Notes: a model not told the origin generated them from the letters alone. Counted from the stretch's first letter, positions 14,330 to 26,800 are shown. The stretch is 64,000 nucleotides of DNA from Hemiscyllium ocellatum (GCF_020745735.1 NC_083427.1:1395438-1459437); one strand, 5' to 3'. Numbers and translations are program-made.

Positions 14330-14650
14330 GGGAATGATATTATGATATGGGTGCGGAATTCTTTCTTGGGAAGATGGCACTCTCAGATGTCACTGTCTGT
14401 ATTGGTGCTAACAACGAAGGCATGAAGAAGACTGAAGCCATGAAGACAGATTTCAGCGAGTTAAAAATGAAATTGAAAGACAGATTCTCAAAGGGAGCAA
14501 TCTTAGGATTTCCCTCTGCCACGTATCAATGGGTAAAAGAGCAGAAGGTGTGATTGGTTCAAAACGTTTTGAAGAGCAGGTGTAGGAAAAGGCGCTTTGG
14601 ATTTCTGAGGAATTAGAATGGATTCTGCAGCAGGTTGAGTCAGTGTTATC
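14330..14650 (+). mobile_element. CR1 ORF1 esterase (SGNH-like) remnant
   Basis: ORF 14347..14553 VTVCIGANNEGMKKTEAMKTDFSELKMKLKDRFSKGAILG resembles the VVHIGTND...ELG.KLK.RTS.V.ISG region of CR1 ORF1. Confidence 0.6.
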
Positions 14651-14683
14651 TGAACCTGCTACATCTTCACTGGTCAGTCTTTT

Positions 14684-14880
14684 CAGATGCTGGAGATCAG
14701 GGTCAAGAAGTGTGGTGCTGGAAAAGCACAGCCAGTCCAGCCGCATCACAAAAGCAAGAGAGTAGATTTTTCGAACATGAGCACTTAATCAGATGAAGAG
14801 CTCATGCTCAAAGCGTCGACTCTCCTGTTCCTCGGATTCTGCCTGACCGGCTGCACTTTTACCGCACCACACTTTCTGAC
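14684..14880. mobile_element. Head-to-head palindromic Penelope-terminal-repeat-derived element with a degenerate hammerhead motif; relatives near 1860, 3450, 4640, 5200, 23900, 46640 and 58840
   Basis: Imperfect inverted arms of about 90 bp (14702-14790 and 14791-14880); centre CAGATGA-GAGCTCATGCTC-AAAGCGTC. Confidence 0.7.
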
Positions 14881-15171
14881 TAGTTCAGTTTCTGTTTAAT
14901 TGTAACTCACAGAGTGTTGGCAGATGGATAATTCACTGACTGAAAAAGCATTGGGTATGAAGTGGCAATAGCTAGATGTTTTGTGGTGTCGTTTTCATTG
15001 GATGGATCTTAGAGCATTTGAAATCCACCAAAAGTACCAGCAAATTCGGTGAAAAAAATCATTTGATAATTGATTCCGTGTTGAATGAGGCAGAGATGCA
15101 ATGTAGACACGAATACTTTTATACAAGTATTTGATGTATATGTATGTACATTTCTCTCTGCGTGTGTGTAT

Positions 15172-16520
15172 ATAGAGTCATAGAGTCATAGAGATGTACA
15201 GCATGGAAACAGACCCTTCGGTCCAACCCGTCCACGCCGACCAGACATCCCAACCCAATCTAGTCACACCTGCCAGCACCCGGCCCATATCCCTCCAAAC
15301 CCTTCCTATGCATATACCCATCCAAATGCCTCTTAAATGTTGCAATTGTACCAGCCTCCAACACTTCCTCTGGAAGCTCATTCCATACACGTACCACCCT
15401 CTGCGTGAAAAACTTGCCCCTTAGGCCTCTTTTATATAGTTCCCCTCTCACCCTAAACCTATGCCTCCTCATTCTGGACTCCGTGACACCAGGGAAAAGA
15501 TTTTGTCTATTTATCCTTTCCATGCCCCTCATAATTTTGTAAACCTCTACAAGGTCACCTCTCAGCCTCCTACGCTCCAGGGAAAACAGCCCCAGCCTGT
15601 TCAGCCTCTCCCTATAGCTCAGATCCTCCAACCCTGGCAACATCCTTGTAAATCTTTTCTGAACCTTTTCAAGTTTCACAACATCTTTCCGATAGGAAGG
15701 ACACCAGAATTGCACGCGATATTCCAACAGTGGCCTTACCAATGTCCTGTACAGAAGCAACATGACCTCCCAACTCCCAACACTGACCAATAAAGGAAAG
15801 CATACCAAACGACTTCTTCACTATCCTATCTACCTTTAACTCCACTTTCAAGGAGCTATGAACCTGCACTCCATGGTCTCTTTGTTCAGCAACACTCCCT
15901 CGGACTTTGCCATTAAGTGTATAAGTCCTGCTAAGATTTGTTTTCCCAAAATGCAGAACGTCGCATTTATCTGAATTAAACTTCCTCTGCCACTTCTCAG
16001 CCCATTGGCCCATCTGGTCCAGATCCTTTTGTAATCTGAGGTAACCAACTTCGCAGTGCATTACACCTCCAATTTTGGTGTCATCTGCAAACTTACTAAC
16101 TGTACTTCTTATGCTCGCATCCAAATCATTTATGTAAATGATAAAAAGTAGAGGGCCCAGCACCGATCCTTGCGTCACTCCACTGGTCACAGGCCTCCAG
16201 TCTGAAAAACAACTCTCCACCACCACCCTCTGTCTTCTACCTTTGAGCCAGTTCTGTCTCCAAATGGCTAGTTCTACCTGTATTCCATGAGATCTAACCT
16301 TGCTAATCAGTCTCCCACGGAGAACCTTGTCAAACGCCTTACTGAAGTCCATGTATATCACACCTACTGCTCAGCCCTCATCAATCTTCTTTTTTACTTC
16401 TTCAAAATACTCAGTCAGGTTGTGAGACATGATTTCCCACACACAAAGCCATGTTGACTATCCCTAATCAGTCCTTCCCTTTCCAAATGCAAGTACTTCC
16501 TGTCCCTCACGATTCTCCTC
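15172..16520 (-). mobile_element. Best-preserved CR1 LINE (5'-truncated; RT C-terminal half, 3' UTR and (CTCTATGA)n tail)
   Basis: ORFs 15669..16361 (IYMDFSKAFDKV, GVTQGSVLGPLLF.IYINDLD, KFADDTK) and 15260..15808; octamer-repeat tail at 15172-15193. Confidence 0.95.
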
Positions 16521-18379
16521 ACTTCTGTCTCCTTCAGTTTGGTCGGTACCTTAGATCCATTGACTTATGCTGAAATAGAGACATCGAGGCCTACAAAACA
16601 GTAAAAGTCCAGTCCCTCCATCTTGGGCTGAAGTGTGGTTTATCTATCATTTCTCTCTCTCAAAGGCTATAACATATTTTCAGCAATAAGGATTTAAATA
16701 TTCACACAATGCTCTAGGTGAAGTCTAACAAAGCTGCTTTACAAATGAGGCAACACTTCACTACTCCTGCATTCAAATCCTCTTGTGGTGAAATCTAAAA
16801 TTCTATCACCTTTCTAATTGCTTACTGCAAGAGGATGTCAGCCTTCAGTGCATAATTGGGACGGGCACCCAAAGCCTTTTGTTCCTCTTCTTTTACAACC
16901 TTTCATAGTTTGACAAATATTAAGCACTTCGATTCTTTTCATAAGAGTGGGTAATCTCTCATTTTCCCAGGATATTTTCAATCTGCTATTACCTGCTCAT
17001 TGTTTTAACATGAATTACCATAAGTTCGCGGGCGATTTTACTTCTTGCCTCCAGGAACCAGAACATATGTTTTGTGTGCGTGATTAATATTCTTTTGACC
17101 TTTTCTGAATATTTTAATTTTTACGCCTGTGGAAATTTTGGTTTCATTTTCTTTGAGCCGTCAGAAAAAAAAATCCCCTGACATTGTCAATTTGATACTT
17201 AACATTCCAGGAAAAGAAAACTTCCTTCATGTTACATAGAGGTGTTGGTCTGATCAGCCATTTCAGAACATCTGGCGATGTCAGCCGTGATATCGATACT
17301 TTGCACGTTTCGTTATTTCCTGTTTGCTGTTTATCTCAGTCCATACATTCCAATTTTACATGGTTGAGCACAATCTTGACCAGAGACATTTATTTTAATC
17401 AAGAGTCTGGAACCTGCTTGACGCTGAAAGGGGCTTCGATCCTATTTATTCATACTTCTTTAATTTTTGGATTTTAAAGAAATAATATTCAATAAGCATA
17501 GACGACTCAAAAGTTCGATTGCCTGATGCAGATGAGTACTTCCATTAGTGCGGTTGAATTGTCATTCTTTGTTCAATAGTGAGGAACAGTTGTTAATCTG
17601 TCAATAATGTTTGTATCTCTAAAGTCAGACAACTATTGAGAACCTGTATTTTATCATAGAAACCTGGTTGTTGCAAAACATCGTCAAGCTTCGTGACTGC
17701 AAAATACTGATCAATTTCTGCACGATGAGCTCGGATCAGCCATCTGCGAGGTTTCAATAAATTGTAACATGTATTTGCATAATGCAAGTTATTGTGCTGA
17801 TTAATATTTCATATTTAAATTCAGTGTTCTGCTGTGCCATTTATTTGCAATACTTTTAGGAATTTGTCAAGATTAATATTCATTGCCATAATTCTACTAA
17901 AAATGATGCTTGTACACTTACACAATTACTGAATGATGTTGATTTTGGTTGAACTTCGAAACACATCACTGTTTTTTTTTTGTTTTGAACATCTGTTTTA
18001 AAGGAAGATATGGCAGAACTGAGATGCCTATCAAGCAGATTTCTAATGCATTTCTCTTCTCTATCTGCAACAAATAACTGTCAACCAGATTGTATTAGAC
18101 TTAAAGTGAACTCAGTTGCGAGGGACATAAGACACAGCAACTTTGTGGCGTCAAGAAATATTTGAAAGTACTGGAAACAGCGAAGGGTATTTTTGCTGCC
18201 AAAGTCCATGCAGTAGTTACAAATTTAAATGCTCCATACCTTTCCAGTACAAGCGCTTCCAGTACAACTACATTGCTGTCAACTTCCAGCAACACAGAAC
18301 ACTTCCCACATGCATCCTGCCCAGGAATATAGGGCAATAACAAAAACAGAAAATAGCCCACCAGATGACTGCTGTTAGT

Positions 18380-18960
18380 CATTATAAACAAAAGGTCGGC
18401 AATCTCAGTGATACGGGGAATTCAGTGAGTGTAATGGTATCAAGTGGAGATGGCAAGATCCTTTCCTGTTGCAGATGGCTACTGACTGACCATGTGAGTT
18501 GCTAACATTTGTTATTTTCTGAGCCTAACCCTGGGCATTTTCCAGGTCTTCCTGCGTTTGGCCACGTATGCCTTTCGTTTCTGAGGAGTTGTGAATTGTA
18601 TTGAATATTGTGTCTTCTTCAGAAAACATCACACTTCTGATGTGAAGATGATAAATGAGGTAGCTGAAGATGGTTGAATATATGACATTACTTTGATTAT
18701 TTCCAACAGAGATGTTCGGAAGCTGAAATATCTGACATCCAATATCCAAAGCGACCCTCCTTTGCAATAGCTATGAGTGGAACCAGTAGAGAGTTTTGAT
18801 TCTGATCGATTTCCGTTTTGCGAGGGTTTCTTCATTCTACACGTGATCAAATGTGGCCTTCGTATGGAGAATTCACTCATTTGCTTCACCTCTGGAATTC
18901 GGCTCATGTGTCCATACTTGAACCAAGACTGCACTAACGTCACTATCTAGGCAGCCTTGG
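18380..18960 (-). mobile_element. Old LINE RT fragment (CR1/L2 clade); related + strand piece near 13860-14230
   Basis: Nucleotide resemblance to a common shark LINE RT region; heavily degenerate. Confidence 0.5.
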
Positions 18961-20699
18961 CAGACGTCATACTTACTGCAAAGCCATTGGTTCTTTTTAA
19001 CTCTGCTGAAGAGCAGTACCATCACATTTCCAGTGATCAAAATTTGACTGATTGGGTAATAATTGTTCGGAACGGATAAGGAAATAACGAGGTAATGTTC
19101 AACATTGCTGTTTAGATGGCATTATTGCAGCTTTACCAGAACAACTTGGCTCGTGGGACAACAGGTTTTGCAAAATAAACATTGAGTACATTTTGAGGAA
19201 CGTTGTAAGTTCTCAGTGAATTATCCGGAGCTGCCAAATATTTGATGGTATGATGAAGAATGAATCGAAACTGAAGACAGGCATGTTCGATTTCTGGGGC
19301 CTCTGCCAGAACAGAAATTTAAGAAGATTACTATCACCTTCTGAAGGTCAAAAAGGAATGAACAATAAGTTCTAGCCCAACCGCGTTTCCATATGCCATG
19401 AATTAATCAATTATGAAATAGCAGCACTCCAATTTTCAATGCACATATTTACTTTGGCAGAAATAGACAGGGTGTGCTTGGGATGACAATAAGCTACAAG
19501 TTTCCTTCCAAGCTTAGACTAATATTATGTTCTCTCACAAATTTTAAGAAGCTGAATTGGAACTTTCTGGCAAAAATGTCGGAGCTTCTCCTGATAGTAT
19601 GAAGTGATTCAAGACGATGTCAGTCCATTATCTTATCAGGAGTAATTTGGAACTGTAGCCAAAACAGGACGGACCGTTCTCACTCTTTTATAAATGACGA
19701 GTTGCATTATCAATGAAAATAAAACGCTTATTTCTCGATCGAAAGGAAGTTACGTAGCCCATGTGCAGCTCGTGATTCATTCTTCCCATTAGCTACTGAT
19801 TTGTGGCAAATTTTCAGTTATTATAAATTGAAAATATTGTTCTGGACGATAAATGATGTAATGCACATTAATTATTGATTTTACGGGAGCGGGAAGATGA
19901 AGGCAATAAGAGACAAGAAACGATCTAGTTCCTTCTTTTAGTTCCCTTATGATACAGAAATATTGGGCCATTTGTGGCATCGGGGCGAACCCGACTGTAT
20001 GTTGCGGTGAACACTGCATTTATTGATTGGCTGAACTGTAGTTATTATTTTTGTTTAGAAAAATTAAACATTTGAAAAAGTGATTATGTATTTCGTAAAC
20101 TGCAGTTTTTCGGTTTGTTTAATTGCGGTCTTATATAAGATATATCAAGTCGTTTGCATGAAGTAATAAAGTTCGTTAAATTAACAACAGAGCTTACATT
20201 TATAGAATTGTTCCCCGTCTCATGCCGGCGACAGAGCTTCACAAACAATGAGTATTCTTGGAGGCAAAACAGTGAAAGGTATATAGTAGATACATTGCTT
20301 TAGTCTCGACAACTAATTCTAAATATTATTTCCTGATACATTTGTTTATGCATTCCATGTTTAATATTCTTCCAGCACCACCCAGAATTCATATTGCATT
20401 CAAAATTGCTCGCACTCTAGCATTATTAGGAATTCTAAGCGTTACTATACAACCATCAAAACAACCTGGTGTGGATTCTGAGTAGAGACCAACTTATGTG
20501 CATTGTGGCGAAAATGTGACACTTCTGCATCAACATGTTTTGTGGACTAATGTAACTTTAGGGTTATGTGTGTGCTTTATAACAGTATGAATAAGTTCTA
20601 GTAGGAGATAGAGGAAATTTAGAGAGAGTTGAGAACTCCCAACTGACTGCATTCACAATACTGTAAAAGACTCTGCAAAATGTGTCAAAATTAAACTGT

Positions 20700-23680
20700 A
20701 AAACCTTCAGACGTGTGGTAGTAATAAGTTCATTTAGAATGCTCGATCTGCTCCATCATTCGAGCATTGCTGACATGTCTCTCAAACCCATTCTTCCGCC
20801 TTCTCTCCATAACCCTTGATTCCCTTCCTAATCAAGAAACTAAATCTGCATTAAATACACTCAATGATCTAGACTCCACAAACCTCTGTGAATGGAGTTA
20901 TACGCTTCTGTTGACTAAATTCCTCTCCATCTCAATTTTGAAGGTTCGTCCCTTCACTCTGAGGATATGCCCTCGGGTTGAAGTCTGTTGTGCGAGGGAA
21001 ATTATCTTCTGCTCATCTGCTGTATACAGGTTTATCAGTATTCGGTAAGATTCAATGACACTCCACCCTTATTCTTCTAAACTGCATTGCGCTCAAAGGC
21101 AGAATCTTCAACTGATCTTCATAAGATAAGCCTGGTATCCAGTGGATCATTTTTGTAAAGCCTCTGTGAACTCCCTCCAATGCCACACGTCCTTCGTGAG
21201 TCAGGAGTCCAAAACTGCTCACAATATTCCAAATGTGCTCCTAATGGACCCTTATACAGTTGGACTTCCAACTCCTGTCATGCTTCAAGTTTCAGAAGTC
21301 CTTCCCCATTTAGGAAATATTTCTCATATTTATTCTTCCAACCAAAATTCGTAACCTTATATTTCCCCACATGATGTTCCATCTACCAGTTCTTTGCTAA
21401 TCCCCCTGAGATTCGAAGTCCTTCAGCACAATCCGTTTCCTCAGCATTTTTTTGTCCCTCAAACTATCATCGTATAATCTGTGACGTTGACAACAATACC
21501 CTCAGTTTCTTCGTTTAGATCATTTATGAATAAAGTGAATAGTTGTGGTCCCAACTCTAACCCTGCAGAAATCCAATTGTCACTGCCTTCCATCCTGAAA
21601 ATGACCTCTTTATCCCCACATTTTATCTTCTGCCAGTCAGCCAATTCTCCAGTTATATCAGTGAGTGATGCCAAACACTATGGCTCTAATTTTATTTAGC
21701 AGGCCCCTGTGCTTGTCAAAATCAAAACATAAAAGTGTTTATTGGGTCTCCTTTGTCTTACTTGATGGTTGCCTCCTCAAATAATTCATTCAGATTTGAG
21801 AGGCATGGCTTCCCATTGACGAAGCTGAAACAACACTATTTTACCAATCACACACAAGTGTTCTGCAATCTCACGTGGAATAATGGACACGAAAATCTTA
21901 CTAACGACCGAGGTTAGGCTAACCAGCCTAAATATCACAGCTTTTGAGTTAACTAAACCGTTGCAAGAGACTGGACATTAATAGATTATCATTTATCCCA
22001 TTCTTAGATAAGCTTTCTTAGAGAAGCAATATAAAAGGACAAAGCCATTATGGCTTTAATTAGAACAAAGAACATAGAAAAGTTACAGTCCAGGAACAGG
22101 TCCTTCAGTTCTCCAATCCTGAGCTGATCCAAATCTATTGTCTAAACCTGTCGGCCAATTCCAAAGCATCTGTATCCCCCTGCTCCCCACCTACTCACGC
22201 ATCTGTCCAGACACATCTTAAATGAATCTACCATGCCTGCCTCTATCACCTCTGCCGGTAACGTGTTCCAGATACCCACCACCCTCTGTATAAAGTACTT
22301 GCCACGTGTATCCCCCTTGAACATTTCACCTCTCACCTTGAAAGCATGACCTCTCGTTATTGAATCCTTCACCCTGGGAGAAAGCTTGCCTTTATCTACC
22401 CTGTCTATACCCTTCATCACTTTGTAAACCTTAATCAGGTCCCCTCTCAATCACCTTTTTTCTAATGAAAACAATCCTAACGTTCTCAACCTCTCTTCAT
22501 AGCGAGAACCAGACCAGGCAACATCCTCGGAAACCTTCCCTGCACCCTTTTTAAAGTATCCTATAACCTGGAACATCTAGTTGCCAATCTTGACCTTCTT
22601 TCAACCAAGTCTCTATGACTACAATACGTCATACTCACAGGCGCCAATCCAAGTCCTAACTTTATCTACCTTACACACTATACTCCTTGCATTAATGCTA
22701 ATACACTTCAGGTCACCAGTTCTTTTGAATTCATCTGCTATCTGCTTCCTCTTCCACTTATTAATGCTATCTTTATGATTCTTGCATCTCTAGCATACAC
22801 ATAACTGTGTAATTGTCTTCTCTTCTGGTTCCCACTACCCCTGCCACATTATTTTAAAACCTCCCCAACAGTAGTAGCAAAAACTCCCCCAAGGACATTG
22901 GTTCCAGTGTGTTTCAGATGTAGACCGTCCATTTCGTAATAGTCCCACCATCCCCAGAACCGGTCCCAATGTCCAACAAATCTGAACCCCCTCCCTCCTA
23001 CACCAACCCTCAAACGACGTGTTCATCCTGCCTATTTTTCATTTCTACGCTGGCTATCAAGTGACACGTGCCTTGTGTAGTTTCAGAATATTCTTCTCAA
23101 ATATTGGAAACAACGGATCAGACTAAATTCAAGGAAGTTAAATGAAATCTATGTGTTTTTGTGACAGCAGTGCACTGCAACGATATAACAGCTTCTGTTA
23201 TACAGGGCATTGCTAAGGTAAAAATCAGATTTACATTGGACAGTGTTGGTCACTGTGCTTCTGGAAATGTTAATGAGAAAGAAGAGAAAATATGGGAGAG
23301 AGGCGAGGTCTGTACATTCTGGAGTTAAGCAGAGACAGAGGTCACTTAAATGAAACATATGGAGTGCTGAGGAAAATAGGCGGGGTCGATGATGAAAGAT
23401 TGTTTCCATTTTTGGGGGAATAGAGAAAAAGATCATAGTTTTAACACAAGGACTCCCCCATTTCAGACAGACATGAAAGGGAAATAATTGCTTAAATATT
23501 TGTGAATCTTTGGAATGCTCTTCCACAAAGTTAGAGAAATCAGAATGATATTAAATATATATGAGGATAGGTGAATTAATTCTTGATTTCAAGGGGATGA
23601 AACATTATTCAGGATGAATGAATATGGAGGTGAGGTTAATTCCAGATCAGCCATCATCTTCTTGAATGCTGTAGCCGGGA
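20700..23680 (-). mobile_element. Cluster of CR1 fragments, mostly minus strand; 3' end at 22070-22550, + strand piece about 23280-23680
   Basis: ORF 22142..22450 (LRGDLIKVYKVMKGIDRV...FIQRVVGIWNTLP); tail AGAACAAAGAACATAG. Confidence 0.8.
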
Positions 23681-25254
23681 TAGAAATCCGGGGTGGGGGT
23701 GGGGGGCAATCTTGTTGCCTCTTCTGAAGATATAAACGGATAATAATCAGGAAGAAATTAGATATTACTCAGTTTCAGCCAAGCAGCCTCAAGAACTCCG
23801 ATTCCCTCCACTCCACCTCCACATGGCACACAGCATGCGATGATGCTGAGTGTTTTTACATTAAAAACGGGCAAAGAGAATTCACTGAAAATGCTCAACA
23901 ACGTTAGCAGTATCTGAGAAGAGCAAAACAAAGTTAAGACTTCACGCCATGTGTTTTAATCAGAGCCCATCTGATGAAATATCATGATATGAAACTCCAA
24001 CCCTGGTAAAAGTTTTCACAGCATCATAACGCTGTCTGCAAGGATTGTGCCTGCTTCCCCCGGCAAAGATTTTACATTTAAGTGTATATGCACTGCTCCT
24101 GTTTCCAGCTTATGCAATCTCTCGAAGTTCTCTTTCTCGATGCAAACATTTTCCGCCTGTTCATAATTCAAACGTATATTATGTGGACCAACAATTGCAG
24201 TGCTTTGAACAAAGAAAGCTCATTTTCCATGTAATCATCATATTAATCTTTCCACGTCAGTCAACATTCTGTACAATCGTTGGTGCAAGCTTTGAAATCA
24301 CAGCACACAAACTCTTTGGTGGAGTCAAAGGCTGATCTGTGATATAGTTTTGGGATTTATCATTTGCACCATTTTGAATTGATTTAATAAGCATGAACTG
24401 GAATTTCATTTGACTCTTTGTGCAATTCTACCAAGCACAAACGTCATGCTCAAAAAGAAGCCTTCCTCAACGAAATAAAGCACTTTTAATAATTCAATGC
24501 ATATCGAATCCTCTTTTGATTAACAAGTGCCAAAAACATTTTACACTTGCTCCTGAGTTATGTCTACTGCTTTTAAACTAAATCACGCCAATCTATCAAT
24601 ATTGCTTTGATCTTCTGAATTGCGAGCCATATTTGCAGTTGAATAGAACATTCAAGTTTCAGCAGCACTATCTCGATGATGAAACCCAAATGGATAATGT
24701 CAACGTGACGAGAAGATTCTATCCATTTTTAAACAGGCTGAATTTCGTCTCTTTTTTCATGTTTTTGTGTTCTGAATTCTTGAATTGACTTCACAGACCA
24801 GTTTCAAATTTTGAATTCTGCAAAACCTGTACTTACTTTCATTGTTACTAAAAGTCAAAGACTTTCAAATATTGACACACATTTCATACGGAATGTTCAA
24901 GGAACGAGAGACGCAAATTAAAGCTGATGTTTCTAATTTTATGGCTCTATCGAGCATTGCATGCATACATAAGACTGCTTGGCCACTCATTTGTCAGAGG
25001 TCACTATGTGTGGGTTTCAGTATTAATTATTTAATTATTTGGTCACGAATTCGCTGCCTGAACTTGACAAATCTTCATGGATATGAAATTAAAATATCAC
25101 CAAGTTAAACACAAGGAAGTAAGCACATGGTGTTAATCTCTCTATTCTCAATTGATGCAGATTTCCATGATGTGATGTTGCTTCGTCTGCACAAAGCTCA
25201 GCCCACCACGATTCGTGCGTTAGAATGAAAGTGATTGGTTTCTCGCTCCACACG

Positions 25255-25287
25255 ATGCAAATGAACAGAGCCTCCCGTGGTTTATAA
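25255..25287 (+). promoter_or_regulatory. IgNAR V promoter: octamer ATGCAAAT (25255-25262) and TATA-like TTTATAA (25281-25287); inverted CCAAT (ATTGG) at 25234-25238
   Basis: Perfect Ig octamer in heavy-chain orientation 18 bp upstream of a TATA-like box, about 90-120 bp upstream of the leader ATG at 25378. Confidence 0.75.
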
Positions 25288-25377
25288 GGTCGGTGCTCCG
25301 ACACACACTGTTACACAGAACAGGTTTTAATTCCAGTATTGGTTGCGTATGAAGTTCTGTTTGCTGGTGCAGAAACA

Positions 25378-25420
25378 ATGAATATTTTCTTGTTTTCATG
25401 CCTTTTAGCCTGGTTACCAA
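25378..25420 (+). CDS. IgNAR: IgNAR leader exon (L1), MNIFLFSCLLAWLP(N)
   Basis: ATG in ACAATG context; hydrophobic signal peptide resembling the known IgNAR leader MNIFLLSVLLA..PN; phase-1 donor A|GTAAGT at 25421. Confidence 0.95.
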
Positions 25421-25546
25421 GTAAGTACTTTTTCTCATTGATGTTACGCATATAAGGACCATGTTCATATTATTGCAATTTCCTTGTCTGAAACTCTCCC
25501 GATGAGAAATAAATGTCATGCATTAAATATATTTTTCTCCGCACAG

Positions 25547-25821
25547 ATGTCTTTACTGTATGGGTTGAACAAACACCGAGAACGGCAACAAAGGAGACAG
25601 GCGAATCACTGACCATCAATTGCGTCCTAAAAGATACCAGCTGTGCATTATATAGCACGGGCTGGTATTTCACAAAAAAGGGCACATCAACAAAGAAGAG
25701 CTTATCAACTAGTGGACGATACTTGGAAACAGTGAACAAGGAATCAAAGTCCTTTTCTTTGCGAATTAGTGACCTAAGAGTTGAAGACAGTGGTTCATAT
25801 CAGTGTGAAGCATATAGTTAT
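25547..25821 (+). CDS. IgNAR: IgNAR L2 + V exon (VNAR, type II-like, CDR1 Cys): [90 protein letters not shown]
   Basis: Acceptor TTTTTCTCCGCACAG at 25546; canonical Cys-Trp-Cys; VNAR hallmarks ESLTINC and [17 protein letters not shown]; no CDR2; followed directly by an RSS. Confidence 0.98.
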
Positions 25822-25859
25822 CACAGTAATAAACCTGATCTTCCACCAATACAAAAACA
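25822..25859 (+). other. V 3' RSS: CACAGTA - 22 bp - ACAAAAACA
   Basis: Heptamer 25822-25828, spacer 25829-25850, nonamer 25851-25859. Confidence 0.93.
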
Positions 25860-26059
25860 CTTTCAGATCTTCCGTGAAGCAAATTTGCCTTGTTTTGGCT
25901 TGTCAACGCTCAACATGCACTTTGTGGCCACTGCTCATGATACAGAACAGCAGGAGTCAAGTTCTAAAAGCTAGCTAATAAAATTCAGCCGGATAATTCA
26001 GAGAAGGGGCACTTGGATATTCAGTGCAGCTGTTGAACTTACAGTAACGTGCGAGCATT

Positions 26060-26140
26060 TATTTTTGCACTGGGATGTATCACTGTGACAGCTGGGATGA
26101 CCACAGCAATCGAGAACTCGACATCTGTAATACAGAAACT
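26060..26140 (+). CDS. IgNAR: D1 segment (ACAGCTGGGATGAC, 26088-26101) with 5' 12-RSS and 3' 23-RSS
   Basis: TATTTTTGC-12-CACTGTG | D | CACAGCA-23-ACAGAAACT. Confidence 0.9.
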
Positions 26141-26329
26141 ACCAGCACACATTGTTACCAGAACCGCAAACACTTTGATTTATTGGTTATCAGGATGGCC
26201 AGCTATTCTGGAGTTTGGATGGATATCAAATTTGGTTTTCTGAAATAAACGTGAGAAAGTGCACATTGGTAGGAATCCAGATTGCAGTTTGTGCATCGAC
26301 TTGGTGTTTTTGTATGAATGACAATGGGA

Positions 26330-26407
26330 AGTTTTTACATTGCTGTGTGTGACTGTGTTACTGTGCTACCACAGTGACTAACCTGTGATTCCCGCAATAC
26401 AGAAACG
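26330..26407 (+). CDS. IgNAR: D2 segment (TTACTGTGCTAC, 26358-26369) with 5' 12-RSS and 3' 22-RSS
   Basis: AGTTTTTAC-12-GACTGTG | D | CACAGTG-22-ACAGAAACG. Confidence 0.9.
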
Positions 26408-26732
26408 TCCTGCCACATGTGAATCCACTGCTCATATAAATTATTACCTGCATGCTTAAGTACCTCATGCTGAAATATTTCTTGCAACTTTTAGGGCCTG
26501 GCAACTGCTATCGACTGATTTTCATACTCCTTTAGCTGATTATTATGTGACTGTTAAAATCCTATTCACAAAGCAATATAGGTAATTATCCAGTATTTGA
26601 AGAGTGGCTGAGAATTATAAACGTGACTGGGAATACAATATATGAAGGGAGTGATTTGTGTCACACTTGCTGGATCAATCAATCAATATCCTGGAGCATT
26701 TGAAGAATCTTCACTTATTTTTGCAACAATGG

Positions 26733-26800
26733 ATTTCTTGTGCTGGTGTGAAACAATGTGTAGCTGGGATTGCACAGTGACACAAGCCAGAGCACAAACC
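26733..26800 (+). CDS. IgNAR: D3 segment (TAGCTGGGATTG, 26761-26772) with 12-RSS on both sides
   Basis: ATTTCTTGT-12-CAATGTG | D | CACAGTG-12-GCACAAACC. Confidence 0.9.

Noticed and set aside
249-16361. Longer ORFs (249..839, 15260..15808, 15669..16361) as host genes
   Set aside because: They carry CR1 reverse-transcriptase motifs and frameshifts, so they are LINE remnants.
18120-18340. hAT transposase-like string KVHAVVT
   Set aside because: Lacks the catalytic D of VTDN and any terminal inverted repeats; the sequence looks at least as much like an RTE-type RT remnant.
23965-24000. CTGATGA...GAAA hammerhead-like motif upstream of the promoter
   Set aside because: Weak stem II and no stem III or cleavage triplet; the copies near 1860, 3560, 4740, 7560, 9310, 59620 and 60320 have core mutations.
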